A stretch of 64,000 bases of DNA from a virus, in IMG/VR virus record IMGVR_UViG_3300027977_000009. One strand, 5' to 3'. The position numbers and the translations under genes are program-made. Under the pieces are notes generated by a model. It saw only the letters and a program-made list of their open reading frames with translations. It searched no databases and had not been told where the DNA came from. Position 1 is the first letter of the stretch, and every line of letters starts with the position of its first letter. Positions 21,001 through 29,062 of this stretch are shown in pieces.

Positions 21001-21236
21001 GTATAAACTTTATTTGGAGTAGGATCGGAATTTTCAATCGTGCCGAGAATAGTATTGGTCCAAGATCGCAGTTGATCAATTCCCCATCGGGCAATCCCTC
21101 CCCGTAATTTTTGGTGAATTGATATAAGGTTCATTGGAGGTCGGATATCTTTTGCGAGAGCTTGGAGAATTTTATCCCCGACCATCTCAGCAGTTTTAGC
21201 TCTGCTATATTCTATTAAGAATTCACGAAATCTCAT
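18063..21236 (-). CDS. 1057-aa multidomain (polyprotein-like) putative internal virion protein: WCT domain, SAM methyltransferase-like, ParB-like, HsdS TRD-like, C-terminal unknown
   Basis: starts MRFREFLIE (ATGA overlap); LGSWYGNIG/INTSCNE; IVDGNHR; LKDLC..LDPTYLYY. Confidence 0.75.
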   Translation of the reverse strand: MRFREFLIEYSRAKTAEMVGDKILQALAKDIRPPMNLISIHQKLRGGIARWGIDQLRSWTNTILGTIENSDPTPNKVYTPWLARMYANGNFNLEDINRQGVLGIYDLGKKRRMIKPEHSDINRFKTYHEFENMMFDNYEFDDIEKNIKKEEEKGKASKVYEDDTVTVIVPEDTAAACRYGRGTRWCTAATRGQNYFDQYNRQGKMYILIPKTPTHEGEKYQLHFPTNQFMDEDDSEVPLPVLLNKRFPKLIPFFKKHEPEIKNLLYFADVETIADVVQQIRELTLARADEMIAAGANDLDNNEKAKIFPLNVKSVLDQYPSALLSKYKLTKLVDGTFFDSEDDEPPSPYSITMEQIPLLVGTQIQKAAPSALSYIALVWLGRWVRQLLVTKSVNGDGERRWIVHHPYRSITENTVVEASPDTIEGSFTPDLVESKTWLCKMLAKGLKGKNAGTIYALGSWYGNIGIFLQQAGVQFDKLVLVEPDEESLARSKELLDTLNDDGKLILLHQKAEDVVFKKPGIIINTSCNETGPVFLTKIPKGMLCAFQARNNVDDVLISTDDLQEFDELFPLEKTYYTGEKELADPETDYTRFMKIGRAGNALSETASTGQGGGSAGSNGGQMVGGPTTYEEEYGMFKSKGPRRIIAMTNEDTSDQTITLNQIYKNNKPDNDERIWDYGTGIWDTPFEVGTIGPRKLDLFLCEQYGVEFIEDLFGRLSEEQHEIVDEYINDPNLSNRIIVLDNGYIVDGNHRAIAAALTKRPIKYIDIGEEELIEATSARLKDLCTVKTNFPDADFWLQRNGSESTVGTPTKTFSPDNIGIKVTATDVLDPTYLYYMMMHIHNTGYWEARATGTLRLVHIKASDVANMSVGSNSVEESTDLLLSGTHQQKHGRLKSKGPEHLTAMTNESLDSKPYKYDFYQIGNNYIATFVTANNIEYETIIRLLGMTNTQAALTADGEPIEVSFRIDDKNGKPKTGIENTGDARRVFATVIDIVKKYTIMHEPIEIHFFAEEPSRVKLYDAFIARLDRGLPEYELVDSWKRGATGKHYMLQLKTFKK

Positions 21237-22540
21237 CTTGGTTTTGGTACCGACACCGACGCAGCCGTCCAAGTACTACCGTCTCTTTTCATGAAGATGT
21301 TTCTATTAACAAAGTCCGCCAGGGCCAAGCTGGCGGCTGAGGTTCCGGGCCGCCTTTCCTTCTCTATGTTTGCAGCAATGACATAAGTTAGGTCAGCAAT
21401 AGAAGGCAACTGATGAAAATCTTCAGGATCTACCAAACTGTGCAATTGACTCTTTAAATATTCTGCTGAGGGACGAGTTGCTTGTTGCATGTCAATGCTA
21501 AATCTGCGAGCCTCGTCACTCCACCTTATATAATCGTCGCCGGCGTTATGAACTTTATCCCAGTCAATCTCACCGTCATCGTCACCATATTCTTTTTGCA
21601 TTGCTTGGTAGTAATAATCGTCATTCTGTTCCCAGTCAGATATTATTTCCCACATATGATCTTGGGCAATATCTGCAATCTGATCAATATACTTTTGTAA
21701 CACTTCATCAGGCATGAATAACATACTATTTTTAAGCTCGGGTTCATTCTCATAAAAGAATTCAAGTAATTCTGGAAATCTTTTAGTCAATAAATTAACT
21801 ACATCTACGTCGCTGTCTTTCTCGTCCATGAATTGAGCCGAAGGAAAATGAAGTTGGTATTTCTCTTTAGCATACTTTGGATTCTTTGGAATAAGAATAT
21901 ACAGTTTACCCTGACGATTGTAATGATTAAAGTAGTTCTCTCCTTTAGTAGCAGCAGTGCACCAGTGTGTCTCGGCGCCGTATCGGCAAGCAGCGGCTTC
22001 ATCGTGCGGGACAACTACAAGAACATCACCGTTTTCAAATACTTTAGATGCTTGACCTTTTTCTTGTACTTTTTTCTCAGTGTTATCTATGGCATCCAGA
22101 TCATAGCCCACACGCATTGTTCCTTCAAAGTCTTCATAAGACTTGAAAACGTTGATATCATTGTGTTCCGGTCTGATCATACGTCTTCTTTTACCAAGAT
22201 CATAGATTCCCAATATATTTCCCCGATTCAAGTCTTCTAAATTGACACCGCCGTTGACATACATTCTTGCTAACCAAGGTGTATATTGTTTATTTGTAGT
22301 AGGATCTTTTGTTTCGATGACGCTCAGCAAGTCTTCTAGAAATCTCGCTCTGACCGCAGGGTCTTTGATGAGGAGGCCAGCCTTTTCTCGGTTAACTTCT
22401 CTAAAACTACTTCTCACCTGATCAAGCGGACCCACATTACCTCGATCAGCCATTACAGCTTTTTCAGCTTTCTCGCTTCCAGAGATTATCTGAGCAGTTT
22501 TCTTACGATCATACTCAAGTAGGAATTCACGGGCCCTCAT
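21233..22540 (-). CDS. putative internal virion protein, paralog of N-terminus of 18063-21236
   Basis: MRAREFLLEY; shares DPT.NK.YTPWLARMY, IYDLGK.RRMI, AACRYG..T.WCTAAT, EKYQLHFP. Confidence 0.75.
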   Translation of the reverse strand: MRAREFLLEYDRKKTAQIISGSEKAEKAVMADRGNVGPLDQVRSSFREVNREKAGLLIKDPAVRARFLEDLLSVIETKDPTTNKQYTPWLARMYVNGGVNLEDLNRGNILGIYDLGKRRRMIRPEHNDINVFKSYEDFEGTMRVGYDLDAIDNTEKKVQEKGQASKVFENGDVLVVVPHDEAAACRYGAETHWCTAATKGENYFNHYNRQGKLYILIPKNPKYAKEKYQLHFPSAQFMDEKDSDVDVVNLLTKRFPELLEFFYENEPELKNSMLFMPDEVLQKYIDQIADIAQDHMWEIISDWEQNDDYYYQAMQKEYGDDDGEIDWDKVHNAGDDYIRWSDEARRFSIDMQQATRPSAEYLKSQLHSLVDPEDFHQLPSIADLTYVIAANIEKERRPGTSAASLALADFVNRNIFMKRDGSTWTAASVSVPKPR

Positions 22541-22545
22541 AACTG

Positions 22546-24123
22546 TTACTTAGTCAAGCCCTTCATGATAGAACTCTCTTTTTTCATACGAGTGCCGGCA
22601 CTCTTTGGTGTGAACTTACGATATGATTGTCCGGCGTTCCCGCCTTGCCCCATGCCACCTGCGAATGCAGTGTCTTCTTCTATCTCGCCGGCTGATTTGG
22701 GACGATACGTTCTTCTTCCACCCGGCTGAACTCCCACTGGACCTGATGTATCCGGCATCTCAGTTAGAACTTTCTTCCAGAAACGATTAACACTTTCGGG
22801 TAATGCCGGATGATTTTTGTCATACATTTTTTCAGTATCTTTTTCCATTCCTTGTTTCATTACTCGTAATACCGCTTTCTCATTTCCCTGCATCTGGCGA
22901 AGTGCCTGTAAAGTAAGAATTGGATCAAGTGGAATGGGTGAGTCAAATCGAATATATTTGTATAGCTTCGGTGCTACTCTTTTTAATGTTGCATAAGCGT
23001 CATCATGTTCCGGTGTGATGAATCCACCTGTTTGATTAGCAGTTGTCTGTGTATCACTTATTTCGCTGATTGTCCCGTTAAACTGACGATCTCTCGAACA
23101 CCCATCCGTATTAATCTTTATAACCTGCTCTGTCGCGAGTTTTCTATTATAGTCTTCTTGTACGTGTGGTCTAACTCGATCATATACGGCATCAAACAGT
23201 TTATCGGGATCAACACCTGCGTTTTTTGCTTCGGCTTCAATTGCATCGAGAATCATAGAATTGCTAGGGTTTGGACCTATATAATCAACTATATATTGAA
23301 CTAACTGGTCAAACGTCATACGGTTGTGCCATTTTTCTGAGGCTTCTCGCAGTTCTTTCTTGATCTTGTAGGTTTTGTTTGGATGCTTTTTCTTCATCAG
23401 GTTGACACTGTTTTCCGCATCTTTGGGATCAACATACTTGACAGTTGGCTTGCCATTGGCATAGATCACTGAAACTAACTCACTTTCAGATAGCATGATG
23501 CCCTGCAATATGGCGCTTTCATTATTTTTGCTCTTATTTCCCCAGTTCTTTGCGCCCTTCTTGCGGCACTGTACTAAAGCACCACTGGCATAAGCACTTG
23601 GCCATACTTTGTATCGTGCTTTAACTTTATGATAGCAAGCATCCTGCTTTTCATTAATCATTGATTCATGCACAATAGGTCCACGACAGTTTGGGCATTC
23701 GTTGAATGGAATATCTTGATTCATCATGTCTTCGTTCTTTTTCTTTCCGGCACAATGTGCTTTTTGACTAAAGCCTTTTGGATTAGAGCAATTGATACTA
23801 TCTTTGTATGATTGACTCCACTTTTCGTTTAATTGAGTATCTTCGTTTGTCTTTTTCTTAGTAGCTACATTTTTAGCCTGGCCTCGACGTTCTGGGTTTG
23901 GGTCTTCTCTGCGCTTCTTACTAGCAGCATACTTGCGACCCTTCTTACCTAAATTCTGTGCTTTCTTCTGCGGGAGGCACTTCGGCTTACCTTCACTATC
24001 ACTGCCTCTTGCACAAGCTCCGCGAATCTTGCCATCAGGACCAAAACGAACCCACTTCTCTTTGAACCACTTACGTAGATTCTCGTCAAGCTGTTCAATG
24101 TCACCGAATTCGTCACTAGTCAT
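22546..24123 (-). CDS. modular low-complexity protein of small basic Cys-containing modules
   Basis: LRKWFKEKWV..KPKCLP, KWSQSYKDSINCSNPKGFSQKAHC, DACYHKVK..WPSAYASGALVQCRK modules separated by xxE linkers. Confidence 0.7.
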   Translation of the reverse strand: MTSDEFGDIEQLDENLRKWFKEKWVRFGPDGKIRGACARGSDSEGKPKCLPQKKAQNLGKKGRKYAASKKRREDPNPERRGQAKNVATKKKTNEDTQLNEKWSQSYKDSINCSNPKGFSQKAHCAGKKKNEDMMNQDIPFNECPNCRGPIVHESMINEKQDACYHKVKARYKVWPSAYASGALVQCRKKGAKNWGNKSKNNESAILQGIMLSESELVSVIYANGKPTVKYVDPKDAENSVNLMKKKHPNKTYKIKKELREASEKWHNRMTFDQLVQYIVDYIGPNPSNSMILDAIEAEAKNAGVDPDKLFDAVYDRVRPHVQEDYNRKLATEQVIKINTDGCSRDRQFNGTISEISDTQTTANQTGGFITPEHDDAYATLKRVAPKLYKYIRFDSPIPLDPILTLQALRQMQGNEKAVLRVMKQGMEKDTEKMYDKNHPALPESVNRFWKKVLTEMPDTSGPVGVQPGGRRTYRPKSAGEIEEDTAFAGGMGQGGNAGQSYRKFTPKSAGTRMKKESSIMKGLTK

Positions 24124-24552
24124 TTAGTCGGCCTTCTTATTCTTGTCTTTTTCAGTGATTGGGCCGCCGGTTACCCATGCTTTGCAACTACGACTACCTG
24201 CACACTTGAAGTGTAAGAAGTTGCAATATCCCAAATCACTTAAATTGATAGTAGCATTAGGATCAATATTATCTTCATCGCCTTTGATACCACTTGCTAT
24301 ACAGTCACGCATACTATCACTGACATCAAATGCTGCACAATTTCCGCACATCATTGACTTAGCTGTGGGTTCGTCTACTTTAAATACTTTACTCAAGTCT
24401 TTCCAGTAGGAGCCGGGCTTATTTGGATTAGCTGGCCCGTACAAGTATTCATCAATCGCAACTTGACGATTCTTAAGATTTAAATCGATATCATGGGTGG
24501 CACGGGGGCAACCTTTCTCAACTGCTTCTAGTAGGTTGATTATGTCACGCAC
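24124..24552 (-). CDS. Cys-rich hypothetical protein
   Basis: GTG start MRDIINLLE; CGNC, GYC..FKC..RSC..W. Confidence 0.7.
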   Translation of the reverse strand: MRDIINLLEAVEKGCPRATHDIDLNLKNRQVAIDEYLYGPANPNKPGSYWKDLSKVFKVDEPTAKSMMCGNCAAFDVSDSMRDCIASGIKGDEDNIDPNATINLSDLGYCNFLHFKCAGSRSCKAWVTGGPITEKDKNKKAD

Positions 24553-24687
24553 TTATCCTGCCCCTCTGCTAACAATCATGCTTTTACGAATAGAACTCAT
24601 GATTACCTTCCACTATTATTATTTGCCACTGCGGACTCACACCGAACCCACTTCTCTTTGAACCACTAGTGGCTGCTCATGTGACTA

Positions 24688-25980
24688 CTAGCCTTTTTTG
24701 TTCTTGTTAGCTAACATGCCACGTTTGTTAGCAGTCGCCCAAGCAATATTCTCAGCTTCTTTCTTTGACTTGCCTGTTTTTTCTTCAGATTTCTTGATGT
24801 GCTTTACCATTCGGTCAACTTTAGCACCTTCCTCTATATTAGTTCCGGTTAGTTGAGGTTTTTCACGAAGTTTCTTCATTACTTGCGTTTTGTAGTGCGG
24901 AACTTCTCTCTTTGATAACCCCGTAACAGCTGGTTTGCCATCAACTAGAACAGCCCAACTATGTTCATCGTTTCCGCCCCATTTCTTAACCGTGATTCTT
25001 TTTTCGATAGGGTCTGCTGCCTCGCCAACACCGCCACCGGCGATAACACCGCCGGTCATCTCACGAACTTGTTTACCCTCAAGATACTGACGAACTGAGT
25101 TTAGATAATCTGCTGCTTTAGTGATCTTAGCCTGTACCCAGCCTTCGAGTCCTTGATCTTCAGACACACCTTGAAGCATCTCAAATGTCTGCTTAGCATT
25201 CTTTGCTGCTTGGAATAAGTCACTGCGAGCCATCTCGACTTCATGATCTCTACGATCTTGATCGTGAGGAATAAATCCGCTCTTTAATCTATGCCCTTGT
25301 CCTGGCACGATGATCAATTCATCTTCATCTAGGTGTGCTTCCTTGATGCCTTTAGCGTCCGGTGATAGTTTCCCATTAAACATTTTTCTCACTGAATCCT
25401 TAGTAAATCTGCCCTTAGAATCTAACTCAGCATCAAACTCATCTTTACTTTTCTTAGTTTTCGCACTTTCAAACATATTTCCTGTTCGATCTCTGGCTGA
25501 GCCCTGCAGGCGCCAGTCTGACCGAATCCACTTTTCGGCGTCGTTGAAGCCAGACCTAGTATTACTGAATTGCCTAACTTTGCCGGTTGGTAAAAACTTA
25601 ACTTTAATATGGGACTGCCTGCCTGTACTAGGATGTTCAAAACCCGTATATGTGGCTACAACATCTCCATTGTGTATGTACTTACCTGTATTTACTGTTC
25701 CAGACCAGTGTGAAGTATCACCACTACCATACTCGTGAGTCCATTCTTCTGACACACTTTTCTTACCTTGACTCATTCTGGGTAAAGCAGCCGGCGATTC
25801 TGAAATAGAGTCGGCAAGCTTTTTATTAGGCTCTTTACCAGTGAATAAGCTACCTGCTTTTTGATTAGGATAGACGCCTTGTCCAACGTTAGACCGTTTC
25901 AGTACCTTGACAATCATTGGCTGTGCTACAGTTGCGACCGAGCCGGCTGTTGTACTTTCGTAGATATCGTTAATTTTCAT
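24688..25980 (-). CDS. modular putative internal virion protein
   Basis: starts MKINDIYE; late promoter; LEGWVQAKITKAADYL and IAWATANK modules. Confidence 0.7.
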   Translation of the reverse strand: MKINDIYESTTAGSVATVAQPMIVKVLKRSNVGQGVYPNQKAGSLFTGKEPNKKLADSISESPAALPRMSQGKKSVSEEWTHEYGSGDTSHWSGTVNTGKYIHNGDVVATYTGFEHPSTGRQSHIKVKFLPTGKVRQFSNTRSGFNDAEKWIRSDWRLQGSARDRTGNMFESAKTKKSKDEFDAELDSKGRFTKDSVRKMFNGKLSPDAKGIKEAHLDEDELIIVPGQGHRLKSGFIPHDQDRRDHEVEMARSDLFQAAKNAKQTFEMLQGVSEDQGLEGWVQAKITKAADYLNSVRQYLEGKQVREMTGGVIAGGGVGEAADPIEKRITVKKWGGNDEHSWAVLVDGKPAVTGLSKREVPHYKTQVMKKLREKPQLTGTNIEEGAKVDRMVKHIKKSEEKTGKSKKEAENIAWATANKRGMLANKNKKG

Positions 25981-26076
25981 TGATAAAATCCATCGTTATA
26001 GAGTATATAGAGTATTTATCACTAGTTGCTTCGATTTACGATTGTCCATCCACGACATTGATTGTACCGAAATAGC

Positions 26077-26110
26077 CAAAAAGGTAGGGAAGATTAAATC
26101 TTCCCTACCT
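26077..26110 (-). terminator. rho-independent terminator
   Basis: perfect 13-bp stem AGGTAGGGAAGAT/ATCTTCCCTACCT plus U tail. Confidence 0.85.
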
Positions 26111-26123
26111 GTATTATAGAAAC

Positions 26124-27023
26124 TTAGATTTCGTTTCCGTTTTCATCAATGATCTTGTAGCCCTTGGCCTTTTGAGCTTCTGCCCACATGGGACCAATCG
26201 TATCCAAAAGATGCTGCTGATTTTCCATGCAAAAAACATATGAACCGGAATGTCTTAACAAGACACGCTTGTCAACATAAATCTTGCCACCTAGGTCTCT
26301 AAAGTTCTCGCAGGCCGTCCAGTCCTCGGAATAATAACGATTTTGACGTACTGCGGTATCAAAGTACGTCTTCAAGTATTGATCATACATCGGGTCAAGA
26401 CCAATATCGTTCTTGTACTGCTTGACTGCTGGATGAGAATCCAGCTTACCGAATACATGCTTCTTCATAAGAAGGAAGCCAGTGCCCGCTTTTGAAACTT
26501 CCTGTAGGCCATCAGCGCCCTCTTCAGCACCTTCAAATCCATTGACGACCCACTTGATTGGCATCGTCTTCATTGGGTAAAGTCCACCAATGACATCAAC
26601 GTCACGATTTAGTAGAACGAGTAGATGCCAAGGTTCCCAACCAATATCTGCGTCCACGAAGAATAGGTGAGTCGCGTCCGGCATTGCCAAAAACTTTGCA
26701 GTGAGAGTGTTACGTGCGCGACTGATGAGTGATTCGTTCACCATAGTCTCAAGCGTCCAATCGATGCCTAACTGACGCGCAGTGTTAGCCCACTTGATAA
26801 AACTCATGAACGTAGATTCAGTCAACATCCCGCCGTAACATGGCATTGCGATGTGAACTTTTGTAGTACGTAGGAAGTCAACGTTAACTTGAATTTGACC
26901 TTCTTGCGGAGCTTGCTGTTGTTCTGTTGCTGCTTGATCAGCAATTTCTTGAATCTTTTCTACGGGAACAGTACGCTCTTCGCCGCTCGGTGCAGTAGTT
27001 GTAATCTTTGGTTTCTTAGCCAT
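26124..27023 (-). CDS. GT-A fold (GT2-like) glycosyltransferase
   Basis: IAMPCYGG, ESLISRARN, LFFVDADI (DxD), GTGFLL, SEDW. Confidence 0.8.
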   Translation of the reverse strand: MAKKPKITTTAPSGEERTVPVEKIQEIADQAATEQQQAPQEGQIQVNVDFLRTTKVHIAMPCYGGMLTESTFMSFIKWANTARQLGIDWTLETMVNESLISRARNTLTAKFLAMPDATHLFFVDADIGWEPWHLLVLLNRDVDVIGGLYPMKTMPIKWVVNGFEGAEEGADGLQEVSKAGTGFLLMKKHVFGKLDSHPAVKQYKNDIGLDPMYDQYLKTYFDTAVRQNRYYSEDWTACENFRDLGGKIYVDKRVLLRHSGSYVFCMENQQHLLDTIGPMWAEAQKAKGYKIIDENGNEI

Positions 27024-27143
27024 GAAGTCCTCTTCTAATGTAAGCTATAAAGATATTTACAACAGAACGAGGGTATGGATTTTTTTTATTTGACAGAAAG
27101 TATCATATTTACTGTGTTTTGGCTAGCCTAAGCCAATCATTAA

Positions 27144-28199
27144 TTATCTTTCTTCTAAGTAATCATTGGTTGTGATTCGATCAGCATCGATAACTTTTTT
27201 GATCGCAGCTTCTAGTTTTTCGCGGCTCGGGCCATATGGACTCACCTGCACAAAATTGACGAATGTATACATATCTGTAGTATCAGGAACCTTAGTATAG
27301 ACTGCATAATTTACTTTACGAACATCGTCATCTTCATCGACTTCTTTAGACAGATAATAGTTATTGCCCAAATCTCTAACGATGTCGATATCTCTACCAT
27401 CTTTGTAAATTGGTTCTCTTGTACTTTCACTCTCATAGACACGCTTATTGTGTTTGTAGAGTTGAGTTTTAGCTTCGCTCAATAAATGAACGAATTTTGC
27501 TTTTTGTGCAGGAGTCGCTTCATTGATCAACGGTTTGATAGTAGCAATCAACCTACGAATGCTCTCAGTAATCTGCAGGTTATTGTCGAATGTTTGTTTC
27601 ATCTTTTCTGCTGAATCTCCGTATAAGTCAGTTAGAATTCTCATTTTTTTCTTGGTATCGGCACCTGCATATGCCTTGCGAATAGCACTTGCGTCACGCA
27701 TTGTTTCCCCCGCGATAGGAAACTCGGCTACATCAGTTGATAACACATATGCATGTTTAGTCATCGGCTGTGGGTTTTGCATCGCTTTTGCTGAGTAAGG
27801 TTGCATGTAAGGAGCAGAACCATCTTTCTTGGGCTTGAAACTAAAACGAGGATCCGGAGCGATGCCCATTGACGGGTCACCCTCCATATCTTTTTTGCTC
27901 ACCCCAAACACTAGCATAGTATTATCAGGGTCGCCGCCATTCATTTCTACCTTATCTAAGTATTCCTTTGCCATATATGGATTACTAACTGCCATAATGT
28001 TCTTTGAAGGAATGCCCAAAGCAGAAGCCATCATAGCACGATCTTGTGATGAGAAAGGACTCTTTGGTTGTTCTTGTTTAGCTGAGATAGCAAGATATGT
28101 ATTCGCCAAACCAAACTTCTGCGCCAACTGCTTAAAGCTAGCTGCGTGGCCTTTGTGCAGAGGATGGAATCTCCCGGGATATACTGCTATCACATTCAT
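27144..28199 (-). CDS. HxGH cytidylyltransferase/adenylyltransferase-like protein with C-terminal extension
   Basis: YPGRFHPLHKGH, DASAIR. Confidence 0.75.
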   Translation of the reverse strand: MNVIAVYPGRFHPLHKGHAASFKQLAQKFGLANTYLAISAKQEQPKSPFSSQDRAMMASALGIPSKNIMAVSNPYMAKEYLDKVEMNGGDPDNTMLVFGVSKKDMEGDPSMGIAPDPRFSFKPKKDGSAPYMQPYSAKAMQNPQPMTKHAYVLSTDVAEFPIAGETMRDASAIRKAYAGADTKKKMRILTDLYGDSAEKMKQTFDNNLQITESIRRLIATIKPLINEATPAQKAKFVHLLSEAKTQLYKHNKRVYESESTREPIYKDGRDIDIVRDLGNNYYLSKEVDEDDDVRKVNYAVYTKVPDTTDMYTFVNFVQVSPYGPSREKLEAAIKKVIDADRITTNDYLEER

Positions 28200-28202
28200 T
28201 GA

Positions 28203-28388
28203 TTAATTTGCTTCTTTGCGTGCATTCTTTTCTTCAGTGATCTCGTTGCGACGAGTCTTGCACAACTTAGCAAGTTCACCTAATGCCTTACGGGCACGAG
28301 TACCAGCAGCACTATTGCCTTTGTTAAACTTTTCGTTTTCTGCGAGGAATACCTCGAACTGTGCTTTGATATTGATTGTAGTTTCCAT
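28203..28388 (-). CDS. histone H1-like (Hc1-family) protein
   Basis: KGNSAAGTRARKALGELAK..R.EI. Confidence 0.75.
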   Translation of the reverse strand: METTINIKAQFEVFLAENEKFNKGNSAAGTRARKALGELAKLCKTRRNEITEEKNARKEAN

Positions 28389-28399
28389 TGTAATTCTTT

Positions 28400-28786
28400 C
28401 TAATAGCTTATCTTTACAAAATTTACAGCGCCGCCTTGAAAACCTTCAATCTTCGCTCTGACATAAACAAAATTGCCTTCGACATTTGTGTACACCCTAG
28501 CATTGGACGCGATTTGCGGAAGTGAGTTTGCTGCTGCGTTAGCATTTGCCTCTAACTCATAGACTTTGAACCAATCCAAATCTACGGGCTGAGAAGCTAG
28601 TGTGGCTTCCAGTACAATGTTACCTGTACAGTTGGTTAAACTTATGTTGACCGTTTGCAGGTCTTTATTACCTAGATAATATGCCGCGGCAGGACGTGAG
28701 TCGCCCGTTACTGTATACGGTGCTCCGTTTCCTGGATTAACGTATGCTGTTTGTGGAAATAATATTAGTGTGGTAGAAGCACTCAT
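28400..28786 (-). CDS. hypothetical beta-rich protein, probably structural
   Basis: start MSASTTL; beta-sandwich-like composition. Confidence 0.6.
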   Translation of the reverse strand: MSASTTLILFPQTAYVNPGNGAPYTVTGDSRPAAAYYLGNKDLQTVNISLTNCTGNIVLEATLASQPVDLDWFKVYELEANANAAANSLPQIASNARVYTNVEGNFVYVRAKIEGFQGGAVNFVKISY

Positions 28787-28862
28787 GCTTTTTCTCCACA
28801 CTGCCCGCAAAATATTGCAGCAGAAGACCAACCAACCAAATATGTGTAGAATACGAAAGCCA

Positions 28863-29027
28863 TTATGTGTTAGCGACCTCTACAATCACTCCCGGGCCTG
28901 CTAATTCCTGTGCCACTTGCTCCAATGCTAGTTGTGCATCTTCCGAAACAATGTGTTGCGTTGTATCTTCGTCTTTTACAAGTTTTGATAACCTAATAAC
29001 GATGGCTTCTTCTATCATTCTAGCCAT
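28863..29027 (-). CDS. 54-aa protein not in ORF track
   Basis: MARMIEEAIVIRLSKLVKDED...VIVEVANT; GGAG SD and late promoter at ~29053. Confidence 0.7.
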   Translation of the reverse strand: MARMIEEAIVIRLSKLVKDEDTTQHIVSEDAQLALEQVAQELAGPGVIVEVANT

Positions 29028-29062
29028 ATTAATACTCCAAATTATATAGAGTATTTATCTAA

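Noticed and set aside
24666-24680. Stop-codon reassignment (in-frame TAG before WFKEKWVR)
   Set aside because: Long genes are intact in code 11 and several end in TAG; better explained as a duplication scar
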